This document shows, in pieces, positions 35,385 to 44,363 of a stretch of DNA of 64,000 nt. The DNA comes from Clostridia bacterium (GTDB taxonomy: Bacteria > Bacillota > Clostridia > Oscillospirales > CAG-272), in contig JAFYOX010000089.1 of NCBI GenBank assembly GCA_017547755.1, positions 1,643 through 65,642 on the forward strand, written 5' to 3'. Position 1 is the stretch's first letter. Each line of letters starts with the position of its first letter. The notes below the pieces were generated by a model. That model searched no databases, was not told the DNA's origin, and saw nothing but the letters and a program-made list of their open reading frames with translations. The position numbers and the translations under genes were made by a program.

Positions 35385-36680
35385 ATGACACATACGGAAC
35401 TTGAAACCCATCTCACGGAGAATTACGCCGCGCTGGAGCGGTATATAAAATTCCGCATTTCCGACAAGGATCTTGCGGACGATCTGGTGCAGGACATCTG
35501 TCTGACCGTCCTGACGCACGGAGAGAGCCTGCGTCAGCCGGAATCCTTCCGGCCGTGGCTGTACCGGATCGCACGGAACCGGCTGAACGACGTTTACCGC
35601 AGTCCGGAGCGTGAGCGCGAGATCCGGACGGACCGCATGGACAGCTTTGTCAGCCGCCGCGCGGATGCGTTCGTGCATCACGACGCCGTTTCGGAAACGC
35701 TCGCACGGCTTGGTGACGGCGACCGACGTCTGCTGATGCTGTGCTATATGTCGGATATCACGCAGAAAGAAGCGGCGGAACAGCTCGGTATCCCGCTCGG
35801 AACGCTCAAGACCCGGCTGACCGCCGCAAAAAAACGCTTCCGTGAACGGTATCCGTATACGAAAGAAATGGAGAGAACGACAATGAAAAAGAGGATCTTC
35901 CCCGAAATCATGCCCGAATACACGATCACACAGCGCCCGGACGCACCGTTTGAGGTCGTCCACGAAGCCATCATCGGCTGGGGTATCGTACCGCGGCTCG
36001 GCGAAAAATGCGCGTGGGCGGCGTACGATTTTCCGGAAAAGAAGCTGACCGAGACGATGCATCTGGAAGTTACCGGCCGTGCCGAAGTCCACGGCATCGA
36101 AGGCGTGGAAATAAAAACGGTGGAATCCGGCTGGAATTCGTCCGACAATCTTGTCTTTGCGATGGAAGAAACCGAACGCTGGTTCATCGCACAGCTTACC
36201 GATACCCACTGCCGTCTGCTTGCCGAAAGCCACATCGAAGACGGCGTGAAGAAGTGCTATACCTTCCTCGACGGCGCTTCGTTCCTCGACAACTGGGGAT
36301 TCGGTGAGGACAACTGCGGCTTTGAAACGCATCTCCGTCCGCACGGATGGATCACGAAAGACGGGGAGAGGGTCACGGTGGTACCGGAGCCGCAGGTCAT
36401 CGATATCTGCGGACGGTTTGACGTGACGATCGCAGGAAAGATGTACGATACCATCTGTCTGATGGATGTGGAATCCTACGACACCAAGGTGCTTACCGAA
36501 ACGTACATTGACCGCGAAGGACGCATCGTCCTCTGGCGGCGGTTCAACCGGAACGACTGGGGACAGAAGCGCATCGGTCAGCTCTGGACAGAGCGCTTCC
36601 CGGAAAACGAACACCTGACCGTGAACGGCGAGATCTACGTCCACTGGTACGACTGCATCTACGACTGGATCCTGAAATAA
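35385..36680 (+). CDS. ECF sigma factor with a ~265-aa C-terminal extension
   Basis: Region 2 ADDLVQD...FRPWLYRIARN; region 4 QKEAAEQLGIPLGTLKTRL; start 35370 or 35385. Confidence 0.85.
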   Translation: MTHTELETHLTENYAALERYIKFRISDKDLADDLVQDICLTVLTHGESLRQPESFRPWLYRIARNRLNDVYRSPEREREIRTDRMDSFVSRRADAFVHHDAVSETLARLGDGDRRLLMLCYMSDITQKEAAEQLGIPLGTLKTRLTAAKKRFRERYPYTKEMERTTMKKRIFPEIMPEYTITQRPDAPFEVVHEAIIGWGIVPRLGEKCAWAAYDFPEKKLTETMHLEVTGRAEVHGIEGVEIKTVESGWNSSDNLVFAMEETERWFIAQLTDTHCRLLAESHIEDGVKKCYTFLDGASFLDNWGFGEDNCGFETHLRPHGWITKDGERVTVVPEPQVIDICGRFDVTIAGKMYDTICLMDVESYDTKVLTETYIDREGRIVLWRRFNRNDWGQKRIGQLWTERFPENEHLTVNGEIYVHWYDCIYDWILK

Positions 36681-36684
36681 AGAA

Positions 36685-36713
36685 AGAAAAACCACCGGCG
36701 ACGGTGGTTTTCT
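36685..36713. terminator. Bidirectional intrinsic terminator
   Basis: AGAAAAACCACCG-GCGA-CGGTGGTTTTCT between convergent genes. Confidence 0.7.
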
Positions 36714-36718
36714 GTATA

Positions 36719-37717
36719 TCACGGGCAGGTGCGGTACGCATCCAGTCCGAATTTTGTGAAGTATTCGCGAAACGGTTCCAGAAATTCTTCGCGTTCTTCC
36801 TCAAAATCTTCGTCCCAAGCGTGCGACAGGATGAAATATGCACGGTCAAACGCCGCATCCGCTTCCGCAGTACGTCCGAGACGGTACAGCGATGCCGCGA
36901 TCCCGAGCTGATTGTACCAGTGGTGGGTCTGCATTCCGCCCCATAAATACGAATCGTACCGGATCTCGCTGCTTTTCATGAACATTTCGATCACCTGTAC
37001 GGCTTCGCCGAAATGCCGCAGAGCAAATTCGTAATTTCCGGTTTCAAAATATCCCTCGCCGGTATGGCTGCAGGCGGCGTACAGGTCTTCGATCCGTTCG
37101 TTCCGCAGAGGAAGTGCGGCGTCAAGGCGATCCTGTCCGTGCAGACGGAAGGCACGGCTTTCATACGACCATTCCGGACGGTCGGGCAGGGTAAGGAGTA
37201 CTTCCTTTGCTTCGTCATACCGTCCTTTTTTCAGAAGAAAACTTGCGAGATCGTCCTTTGCGTCGCATACGGTCAGAAAATCCTCCGACGTTTCGATCAG
37301 ATTCCGGGCAAGTGCGATCCCTTCGTCGATCCGGTCGGTGCGTCCGAAATTCCGCATATGGCATTCGTACAGATTGAGCAGGGTATGCCGGAGTTCATCG
37401 TCGGACGGATAATCCTCCAGCGCATTTTTCAGAATGGATTCGCAGGCGTCGAAATCGTTCCAGAAGAGACGGCGGGTCTGTGAGAAGATTTCCTCCAGTT
37501 TCTTCTTTTTTCCGGCGGGTTCGTAGCCGAACAGGGTATCGAGACTGACTTCGAAAAATTCGGCGAGAACGGGGATCAGGGTCATATCGGGAAAAGTCTC
37601 GGCGGTCTCCCATTTTGAAACGGTTTTCGGAGAGATGTTCAGCACTGCGGCAAGCTGTTCCTGCGTGAGTCCTTTTTTCTTCCGCAGGATGCGGATGGTT
37701 TTTGCGAGACAGATCAT
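36719..37717 (-). CDS. XRE-family HTH transcriptional regulator with a TPR-like C-terminus
   Basis: LRKKKGLTQEQLA...VSKWET...PD...LAEFFEVSLDTLFG followed by helical repeats (GRYDEAKE, GNYEFAL, GRTAEA). Confidence 0.85.
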   Translation of the reverse strand: MICLAKTIRILRKKKGLTQEQLAAVLNISPKTVSKWETAETFPDMTLIPVLAEFFEVSLDTLFGYEPAGKKKKLEEIFSQTRRLFWNDFDACESILKNALEDYPSDDELRHTLLNLYECHMRNFGRTDRIDEGIALARNLIETSEDFLTVCDAKDDLASFLLKKGRYDEAKEVLLTLPDRPEWSYESRAFRLHGQDRLDAALPLRNERIEDLYAACSHTGEGYFETGNYEFALRHFGEAVQVIEMFMKSSEIRYDSYLWGGMQTHHWYNQLGIAASLYRLGRTAEADAAFDRAYFILSHAWDEDFEEEREEFLEPFREYFTKFGLDAYRTCP

Positions 37718-37746
37718 GATTGCTTCTCCTTTCGGGTTCTGTCTTT

Positions 37747-37775
37747 ATTGTAACGGATGAGCGTCCGGGATGCAA
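37747..37775 (-). promoter_or_regulatory. sigma-A promoter of the XRE regulator
   Basis: TTGCAT-N17-TACAAT. Confidence 0.5.
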
Positions 37776-37949
37776 CACCGCCGTACGGGAAAAAATCCGA
37801 AAAATAAGAGATATTTCCCCGGTTTTCCCGGAAACCGGAAGCACGGAGACGCTGTTATGGTTGCAGAAACTCACGGAATTTATGAAAAACGCATAAAATA
37901 AATATGGTACAATGACGTCATTTCGGTAATAATTTTCTTGTGTCAAATC

Positions 37950-37978
37950 TTGAAAAAATTTCTCGGACGGTGTATAAT
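37950..37978 (+). promoter_or_regulatory. sigma-A promoter of gdhA
   Basis: TTGAAA-N17-TATAAT. Confidence 0.6.
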
Positions 37979-38054
37979 TATACCGTTAATCACAAAAACC
38001 AGATCAATGGTGCGTGAAATTTATTAATTATTACTTAATGGAGGTATGTATAAA

Positions 38055-39410
38055 ATGGCATTAAAGAATCCTTATCTCATTAGTGTTTATGAAAATACAT
38101 GCAAGAGAAATCCCGGTGAACCGGAATTCCTTCAGACCGTCGAAGAAGTATTCGAATCCCTCGAACCCGTTGTTGAAAAGCGCCCCGACTACGTAAAGGC
38201 CGGCATTTTCGAACGTATGGTTGAACCGGAACGCATGATCTCCTTCCGTGTAAGCTGGGTAGACGACGCAGGCAACGTACAGGTTAACCGCGGTTACCGC
38301 GTACAGTTCAACTCCGCGATCGGCCCGTACAAGGGTGGTCTCCGCTTCCATCCGTCCGTAAACGCTTCCATCATGAAGTTCCTCGGCTTCGAACAGACCT
38401 TCAAGAACTCTCTCACCGGTCTCCCGATGGGCGGTGGTAAGGGTGGTTCCGACTTCAATCCCGCAGGCAAGTCCGACAACGAAATCATGCGCTTCTGCCA
38501 GAGCTTCATGACCGAACTCGCAAAGCACATCGGTCCCGACACCGACGTTCCGGCAGGCGACATCGGCGTTGGCGCACGTGAAGTCGGTTATCTCTTCGGT
38601 CAGTACAAGAGACTCCGCAACGAATTCACCGGCGTTCTCACCGGTAAGGGCTTCTCCTACGGCGGTTCCAGAATCCGTCCCGAAGCTACCGGCTACGGCG
38701 CAGTATATTATGTAGAAAACCTTCTCGCTACCTACGGCGAAAAGATCGAAGGCAAGACCTTCGCAGTATCCGGCTTCGGCAACGTAGCATGGGGTACCGT
38801 TCAGAAGCTGACCGAACTCGGCGGTAAGGTTGTTACCATCTCCGGTCCCGACGGTTACATCTACGACAAGGACGGCGTAAACACTCCCGAAAAGATCGCG
38901 TTCATGCTCGAAATGCGTTCCTCCAACCGCAACCGCGTTGAAGACTATGCTGACAAGTTCGGCGTACCGTTCTTCAAGGGCGAAAAGCCGTGGGGAGAAA
39001 AGGTTGACGTTATCATGCCGTGCGCTACCCAGAACGAAGTCAACATCGACGACGCGAAGAAGATGGTTGCAAACGGTCTGAAGTACTACGTTGAAGTATC
39101 CAACATGCCCACCACCAACGAAGCAGTTGCATACCTCAAGGCAAACGGCGTTATCGTTGCTCCTTCCAAGGCAGTCAATGCCGGCGGCGTAGCAGTTTCC
39201 GGTCTCGAAATGAGCCAGAACTCCATGCGTTACAGCTGGTCCTCCGAAGAAGTTGACGCGAAGCTCCATGACATCATGAAGAGCATCTACGACAACTCCG
39301 TTGCAGCCGCTAAGGAATACGGTATGGAAGGCGACCTCGTTGCAGGTGCCAACATCGCCGGCTTCCTCAAGGTAGCAGACGCTATGCTCGCTCAGGGTAT
39401 TGCATATTAA
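38055..39410 (+). CDS. gdhA: NADP-specific glutamate dehydrogenase
   Basis: GPYKGGLRFHPSVN, GGGKGGSDF, DVPAGDIGVG, RPEATGYG, GFGNVA, NAGGVAVSGLEMSQN. Confidence 0.96.
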   Translation: MALKNPYLISVYENTCKRNPGEPEFLQTVEEVFESLEPVVEKRPDYVKAGIFERMVEPERMISFRVSWVDDAGNVQVNRGYRVQFNSAIGPYKGGLRFHPSVNASIMKFLGFEQTFKNSLTGLPMGGGKGGSDFNPAGKSDNEIMRFCQSFMTELAKHIGPDTDVPAGDIGVGAREVGYLFGQYKRLRNEFTGVLTGKGFSYGGSRIRPEATGYGAVYYVENLLATYGEKIEGKTFAVSGFGNVAWGTVQKLTELGGKVVTISGPDGYIYDKDGVNTPEKIAFMLEMRSSNRNRVEDYADKFGVPFFKGEKPWGEKVDVIMPCATQNEVNIDDAKKMVANGLKYYVEVSNMPTTNEAVAYLKANGVIVAPSKAVNAGGVAVSGLEMSQNSMRYSWSSEEVDAKLHDIMKSIYDNSVAAAKEYGMEGDLVAGANIAGFLKVADAMLAQGIAY

Positions 39411-39425
39411 TTGAACATAATTTTT

Positions 39426-39465
39426 GCGGGGAAAACCTTTCCGGAGGCTTTCCCCGCATCTTTTT
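39426..39465 (+). repeat. Degenerate REP-like palindrome copy 6 / terminator after gdhA
   Basis: GCGGGGAAAACCT-TTCCGG-AGGCTTTCCCCGC-ATCTTTTT. Confidence 0.6.
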
Positions 39466-39613
39466 CGTCGGGTGGTTATTTATACACGGATCCGGCAGAT
39501 TATACGCGGCATATTCATGAGCGGTCCTCCTGTGCGGAAAAAGTCGGCGGAAGGCTTCCGAATATGTTTCAGACCCTTGTATTTTCCGGGATTTTATGCT
39601 ATCATTGTTTCAG

Positions 39614-40102
39614 TTACTTTTTTCCTTCGAAGCCGCAGATGAAGCCGGTGACGTCGGAAGAACACAGGTCGCCGCCGATCACACGGTTTTTGTAGATGAT
39701 CACGTTCGCCATGACCGTGCCGCTGTAATCCGGGAAGTTTGTCACTTTGTAGGTACAGCGACGGACCTCGCGGCCGCGGTATTTGGAGAGATCAAGCCCC
39801 TGATTCCGCTGCAGCTCGTTGTAGGAATTCATGACTTTGTCGAATTCCGCGGGGATCTTGATCGTGACTTCCTCGAGCGGCTCTTTCTCTGTCTCCCAGC
39901 CGAACTGGGCGAGAAAACCGACGATGTCGTCGTTTGTTTTGATCCTGTCGTAATTGTACTGCGATGCCGCCGCCGCGATCGCTTTCGTGGAGACCGGCGT
40001 GTATTTCGGAATGGTCAGGATAATGGCGCAGAGAACGGCAAGGGAAGCGGCGATCACACAGAAGAATTTCAGCGTATGGGCACGGACCGTACAGATGAAC
40101 AT
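39614..40102 (-). CDS. DUF4830-like membrane-anchored protein
   Basis: TM, then FLAQFGWE...IPAEFD.V...YNELQ..QGLDLSKY.G...YKVTN...IGGD. Confidence 0.75.
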   Translation of the reverse strand: MFICTVRAHTLKFFCVIAASLAVLCAIILTIPKYTPVSTKAIAAAASQYNYDRIKTNDDIVGFLAQFGWETEKEPLEEVTIKIPAEFDKVMNSYNELQRNQGLDLSKYRGREVRRCTYKVTNFPDYSGTVMANVIIYKNRVIGGDLCSSDVTGFICGFEGKK

Positions 40103-40193
40103 AGAAAACCTCCGTTAAGGTTTTTGATTTTTCACTCCATTTTATTCCGGAACATTCCATGATAGAACTATAATACAGAAGGAGACCATCCCC

Positions 40194-41450
40194 ATGTTTG
40201 AAAGCGTAACGAAACTGCTTGAATCCTGCCCCTGCGGCAGAAAACATTCTCTTCTGACCGACGAATGCGTTGTCGCGGACGACGCTGCCGTCCAGATGAA
40301 GGAATACATCGCCAAGCGCGGCTTTACCGCTCCCGTGATCCTCTGCGACGAGAACACGAAGGTGTTCGCGGACGCGCTCGCGGACATCACGACCACTGTT
40401 TTTACCGTGGACGGTCACGCGCACGCAACCGAAGTTTACTCCGCACAGGCGATCGACTTCGTAAAATCCTCCGGTGCGGACGTGCTGATCGCGGTCGGCT
40501 CCGGTTCTCTTCACGATATCACCCGCTACGCGGCATTTGATACGCAGATCCCGTTTATCTCCTATCCGACCGCAGCCAGCGTGGACGGCTTTGTCTCCGG
40601 CGTTGCCGCAATGACCTGGTATGGTCAGAAGCTTACCTTTGAATCCGCGCCGCCGATCGCCGTTTTCGCTGTTCCGGACGTTTTCTGCACCGCGCCGACC
40701 CGTCTCACCGCTTCCGGTGTGGGCGACGTCATCGGCAAGTACACCTCCCTGTTTGACTGGCGTGTCGGCGAAATCCTGACCGGCGAATACCGCTGTCCGG
40801 GCATCTGCGGTCTCGAATACGAAGCCATCGACGCCGTACGTGACGCAATCAGGGCACGCAATCCCGAAACCGAACGCGAATATACCGTCAAGGTCATGGA
40901 AGCACTTCTCCTTTCCGGTCTGGCGATGCAGCTCACCGGCAATTCCAGACCTGCATCGGGTGCGGAACACCATATGTCCCATCTCTGGGAAATGTGCCGC
41001 ATCAACGAAGAAAGTGACGCACTCCACGGCGAAAAGGTCGGCGTGGGACTCCTGTACGTTCTCCGTGAATATCACCGTTATCTGAAGAACATCGACGCGG
41101 ACGCGATCGCATCGATCGATCTCGAAAAGGTATTCGACCGTGCGCATATCGAAGCGGCATACGGTGATCTGACCGACGTTACCCTCAAGGAAAACCTCCC
41201 GAAGGGAAAGTCCAGTCTTGCGGATATTAAGGTAACGGCGGAAACCGTTCCCGCACTTCTAGAAGCCGCAGAGACCCTTCCGACCGCGGAAGAAGCGGAA
41301 GAACTGCTGAAGGCTGCCGGCGCACCGGTATCCAATGCGGAAATCAAACTGCCGTACGACGAAGCGTTCATCGAAAAAACGCTGACCTACGCGCCGTACG
41401 TGCGCAACCGTCTGACCCTTCTCAAGGTCATTCAGGCAAGCAAAATGTAA
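40194..41450 (+). CDS. Second sn-glycerol-1-phosphate dehydrogenase (AraM/EgsA family)
   Basis: CPCGRKH, VGSGSLHDITRY, PTAASVDGF, SGVGDVIGK, SRPASGAEHHMSH, LHGEKVGVG. Confidence 0.85.
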   Translation: MFESVTKLLESCPCGRKHSLLTDECVVADDAAVQMKEYIAKRGFTAPVILCDENTKVFADALADITTTVFTVDGHAHATEVYSAQAIDFVKSSGADVLIAVGSGSLHDITRYAAFDTQIPFISYPTAASVDGFVSGVAAMTWYGQKLTFESAPPIAVFAVPDVFCTAPTRLTASGVGDVIGKYTSLFDWRVGEILTGEYRCPGICGLEYEAIDAVRDAIRARNPETEREYTVKVMEALLLSGLAMQLTGNSRPASGAEHHMSHLWEMCRINEESDALHGEKVGVGLLYVLREYHRYLKNIDADAIASIDLEKVFDRAHIEAAYGDLTDVTLKENLPKGKSSLADIKVTAETVPALLEAAETLPTAEEAEELLKAAGAPVSNAEIKLPYDEAFIEKTLTYAPYVRNRLTLLKVIQASKM

Positions 41451-41496
41451 TTGTTTTCTTTGAATATAAAAAATTTTCAAAAGCGAGGGAAAAACA

Positions 41497-42555
41497 ATGG
41501 CAATCAAAGTTGGGATCCTCGGTCTGGCACACGGTCATGTCATGACCTACGGAAAAAAGTGGATCGAACATCCGGAATGGAACATTGAACTCGTCGGCGG
41601 CTGGGATCACGATACGAAACGCCGCGACGACAGCGTTTCCGCGCTCGGCATCAGGGCGTACGATACGCCGGAAGCCCTGCTTGCGGACGTTGACGCGGTG
41701 GTGATTTCTTCGGAAACTTCGTTCCACGCGGAACTGACCGAACTTGCGGCTGCCGCAGGGAAGGATATCCTCTGCTACAAGCCGATGGCTCTGACGCTGG
41801 AAGAAGCGGACCGCATGGTCGCGGCTGTGGAAGCCTCCGGTGTGCGCTTCACGCTCGGCTATCAGATGCGCGTTGACCCGCAGAACATCAGAATGAAGGA
41901 ACTTGTCCACGACGGCACCATCGGCAATATCTGCCACTACCGCCGCCGTCACGGTCTGTCCACCCATACCTGGGCGAATTTTGACACCGCATGGCACACG
42001 CAGGAACATTACAACCGCGATATCTTCGCCGACGACAGTGCGCATCCGATCGATATGATCAACTGGATGTTCGGCGTTCCGGAAACCGTTTCCTGCGAAA
42101 TGACCACCATGGCAAATCTGAAGATCAAGAATGACAACGGCGTTGCGCTGTTCCGCTACGGCAACGGCATGATCGCCGAGATCACCTGCTCCTTCACCTG
42201 CACCGCGTCCGAGATCACGACAGAAATTTACGGTACCAAGGGCTCGATCCAGCAGTATTACGGCGACGCGGTATCCACCGGTCTTCCGAGACCCGCCGGA
42301 CAGCCCGGTCTGAAGTACTATGTCCTCGGTGACAGCGACTGGACGGACAGCGGCATCCCGAGCCCCGCCGTGCACGGCGAACGCATTGCCGCACAGGGCG
42401 AATTCTTCGCGCAGTTCTTCCGCGGCGAACGCGGACCCATCTGCTCGGTTTACGAAGCGAGAGATTCCCTGAAAATGGTCCTCGCATGCTATCTTTCCGC
42501 GAGAGAAGGACGCCGCGTGAGAATCGACGATCCCGCACTGTACGGAATTCTTTGA
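41497..42555 (+). CDS. Gfo/Idh/MocA family oxidoreductase
   Basis: KVGILGLAHGH, VDAVVI, GKDILCYKPMA, AHPID. Confidence 0.88.
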   Translation: MAIKVGILGLAHGHVMTYGKKWIEHPEWNIELVGGWDHDTKRRDDSVSALGIRAYDTPEALLADVDAVVISSETSFHAELTELAAAAGKDILCYKPMALTLEEADRMVAAVEASGVRFTLGYQMRVDPQNIRMKELVHDGTIGNICHYRRRHGLSTHTWANFDTAWHTQEHYNRDIFADDSAHPIDMINWMFGVPETVSCEMTTMANLKIKNDNGVALFRYGNGMIAEITCSFTCTASEITTEIYGTKGSIQQYYGDAVSTGLPRPAGQPGLKYYVLGDSDWTDSGIPSPAVHGERIAAQGEFFAQFFRGERGPICSVYEARDSLKMVLACYLSAREGRRVRIDDPALYGIL

Positions 42556-42612
42556 TTATAATTCGTAAGAAACTTATAAACCTACATTATCCCCAATAAA
42601 GGAGGATTTATC

Positions 42613-44211
42613 ATGGCAAAGCAGATTATTATCGCCGGAACACCGATCGCAAAGTTCAGGATCGTGTACGGAAAGAGCCTTGACGCCGCGCTGGAACTGC
42701 AGAAGTACCTTGCGCTCGCATCCGGCGTCAAGCTGCCGATCATCCACGACTGCGAAAAGAGCGAGTTCGAAATCCGTGTCGGAAAGACGAACCGTACCTG
42801 TTCCAAACTGTCGTATGACGGAATTGAAAACCACGGTTTCGTCATCAAGGTTGCCGGAGGAAACCTCATCATCGCCGGAAACGACGAACTGGGCGACCTC
42901 TACGGCGTGTACGAGTTCCTCGACCGCTACATCGGCTGGCGCTTCGTCCATAAGGAAACCGATTATCTGAAGGACGGCGACGTCGATCTTCCCGAAGGAC
43001 TCCGCTTCAAGTTCAATCCGCCGTACGAATACCGTCAGCTCGACTGGCCCTGCACGCAGGACGATGTATGGCGCAGAAAGAACGGCGAAAACCACCTCGA
43101 TTTCCACTGGGTCGGCTTCGTTCACACGCTGTCCGATCTGTCCGAACTGAACAATCAGTTCACCGGTCAGCCCTGTCTGTCCGATCCTGCCGTTCTCGAA
43201 ACCGTCAAGAAGAACGTCCGCAAGTGGCTCGACAACAACCCGCAGGCGAAGATCATTTCCGTTTCCCAGAACGATAACCAGACCTACTGCAAGTGCGAAA
43301 AGTGTCAGGCGACCGACGCCGAAGAAGGAAGCCCCGCAGGCACGCTTCTCCGCTTTGTCAACGCCGTAGCGGACGATATCAAGGACGAATATCCGGATGT
43401 TTCCATCGAAACGCTCGCATATCAGTACACCAGAAAGGCGCCGCTCATCACCAAGCCGCGCGACAATGTGATCATCCGTCTCTGCTCGATCGAATGCTGC
43501 TTCTCCCATCCGCTGTCCGATCCGGACTGCGAAGTCAACAAGGCGTTCCAGCACGACATCATTGAATGGGGCAAGATCTGCAACCGTCTCTACATCTGGG
43601 ACTATGTTACGAACTTCCCGCACTACATCCCGCCGTTCCCGAACTTCCGTGTCCTGCTCGACAATATGCGCTTCTTCGCGGAAAATCACGTCACCGGCAT
43701 GTATCCCGAAGGAAACTACCAGAGCAATTCCGGCGAATTTGCGGAACTTCGCGCATACCTCCTCGGCCGTGCGATGTGGGATCCCTACATGACGGAAGAA
43801 AAGTATTTCGAATACATGGACGACTTCCTCGACGGCTACTACGGTAAGGAAGCGGCACCGTACATCCGCAAGTTCATCGACTTCACGCTGAAGGAATCCG
43901 AAGGACGCCACTTCAACATCTGGCAGAAGCCGTTTGAAATCATTCCGCAGGAAGTCTACGAAGCAAACTTCGACGAAATCGAAGGCTGGTGGAACGCCGC
44001 CGAAGAAAAAGCCGGCGCAAACCTTGCAAGAGTACAGAAATCCCGTCTCCAGTGGACGTACATCAAGCTCATGCTGAAGCCTGACGCTGCGATGGCGGAA
44101 CCGTTCTTCCGCACGGTCCAGAGCCTCGGCATCCGCTGGAACGAATGGCACGGCCCGTTCACGGAAGATCCGGACTTCACGAAGTCCCCGATCGAATGGC
44201 CGCACCGGTAA
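42613..44211 (+). CDS. DUF4838-like protein with a GH20/GH67-type N-terminal domain (putative glycan-active)
   Basis: LIIAG...LYGVYEFL, VHTL, QPCLSDP, SVSQND..YCKCEKC, LAYQYT, LYIWDY, YLLGRAMWDP. Confidence 0.7.
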   Translation: MAKQIIIAGTPIAKFRIVYGKSLDAALELQKYLALASGVKLPIIHDCEKSEFEIRVGKTNRTCSKLSYDGIENHGFVIKVAGGNLIIAGNDELGDLYGVYEFLDRYIGWRFVHKETDYLKDGDVDLPEGLRFKFNPPYEYRQLDWPCTQDDVWRRKNGENHLDFHWVGFVHTLSDLSELNNQFTGQPCLSDPAVLETVKKNVRKWLDNNPQAKIISVSQNDNQTYCKCEKCQATDAEEGSPAGTLLRFVNAVADDIKDEYPDVSIETLAYQYTRKAPLITKPRDNVIIRLCSIECCFSHPLSDPDCEVNKAFQHDIIEWGKICNRLYIWDYVTNFPHYIPPFPNFRVLLDNMRFFAENHVTGMYPEGNYQSNSGEFAELRAYLLGRAMWDPYMTEEKYFEYMDDFLDGYYGKEAAPYIRKFIDFTLKESEGRHFNIWQKPFEIIPQEVYEANFDEIEGWWNAAEEKAGANLARVQKSRLQWTYIKLMLKPDAAMAEPFFRTVQSLGIRWNEWHGPFTEDPDFTKSPIEWPHR

Positions 44212-44232
44212 AACATACGAATGATCTCATCG

Positions 44233-44264
44233 GAAAGGGCATCTGTTCCGGCAGATGCCCTTTC
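44233..44264 (+). terminator. Intrinsic terminator
   Basis: GAAAGGGCATCTG-TTCCGG-CAGATGCCCTTTC. Confidence 0.65.
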
Positions 44265-44363
44265 TATGCGCCATGGAAAGTTTTCTCCGGAAACCGTGCG
44301 GAATCCGGATATTTATTCACAATTTTATGGTAAAATAAAGAAAATTTTCAGACAGGAGTTTAC

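Noticed and set aside
16135-39465. Palindromic repeats as a CRISPR array
   Set aside because: Copies are dispersed over 23 kb, not regularly spaced with unique spacers, and there are no cas genes
40103-40193. Sporulation sigma-E-like promoter upstream of the DUF4830-like gene
   Set aside because: Only a weak match (TTCTAT-N15-AATAAAAT); not distinguishable from AT-rich background
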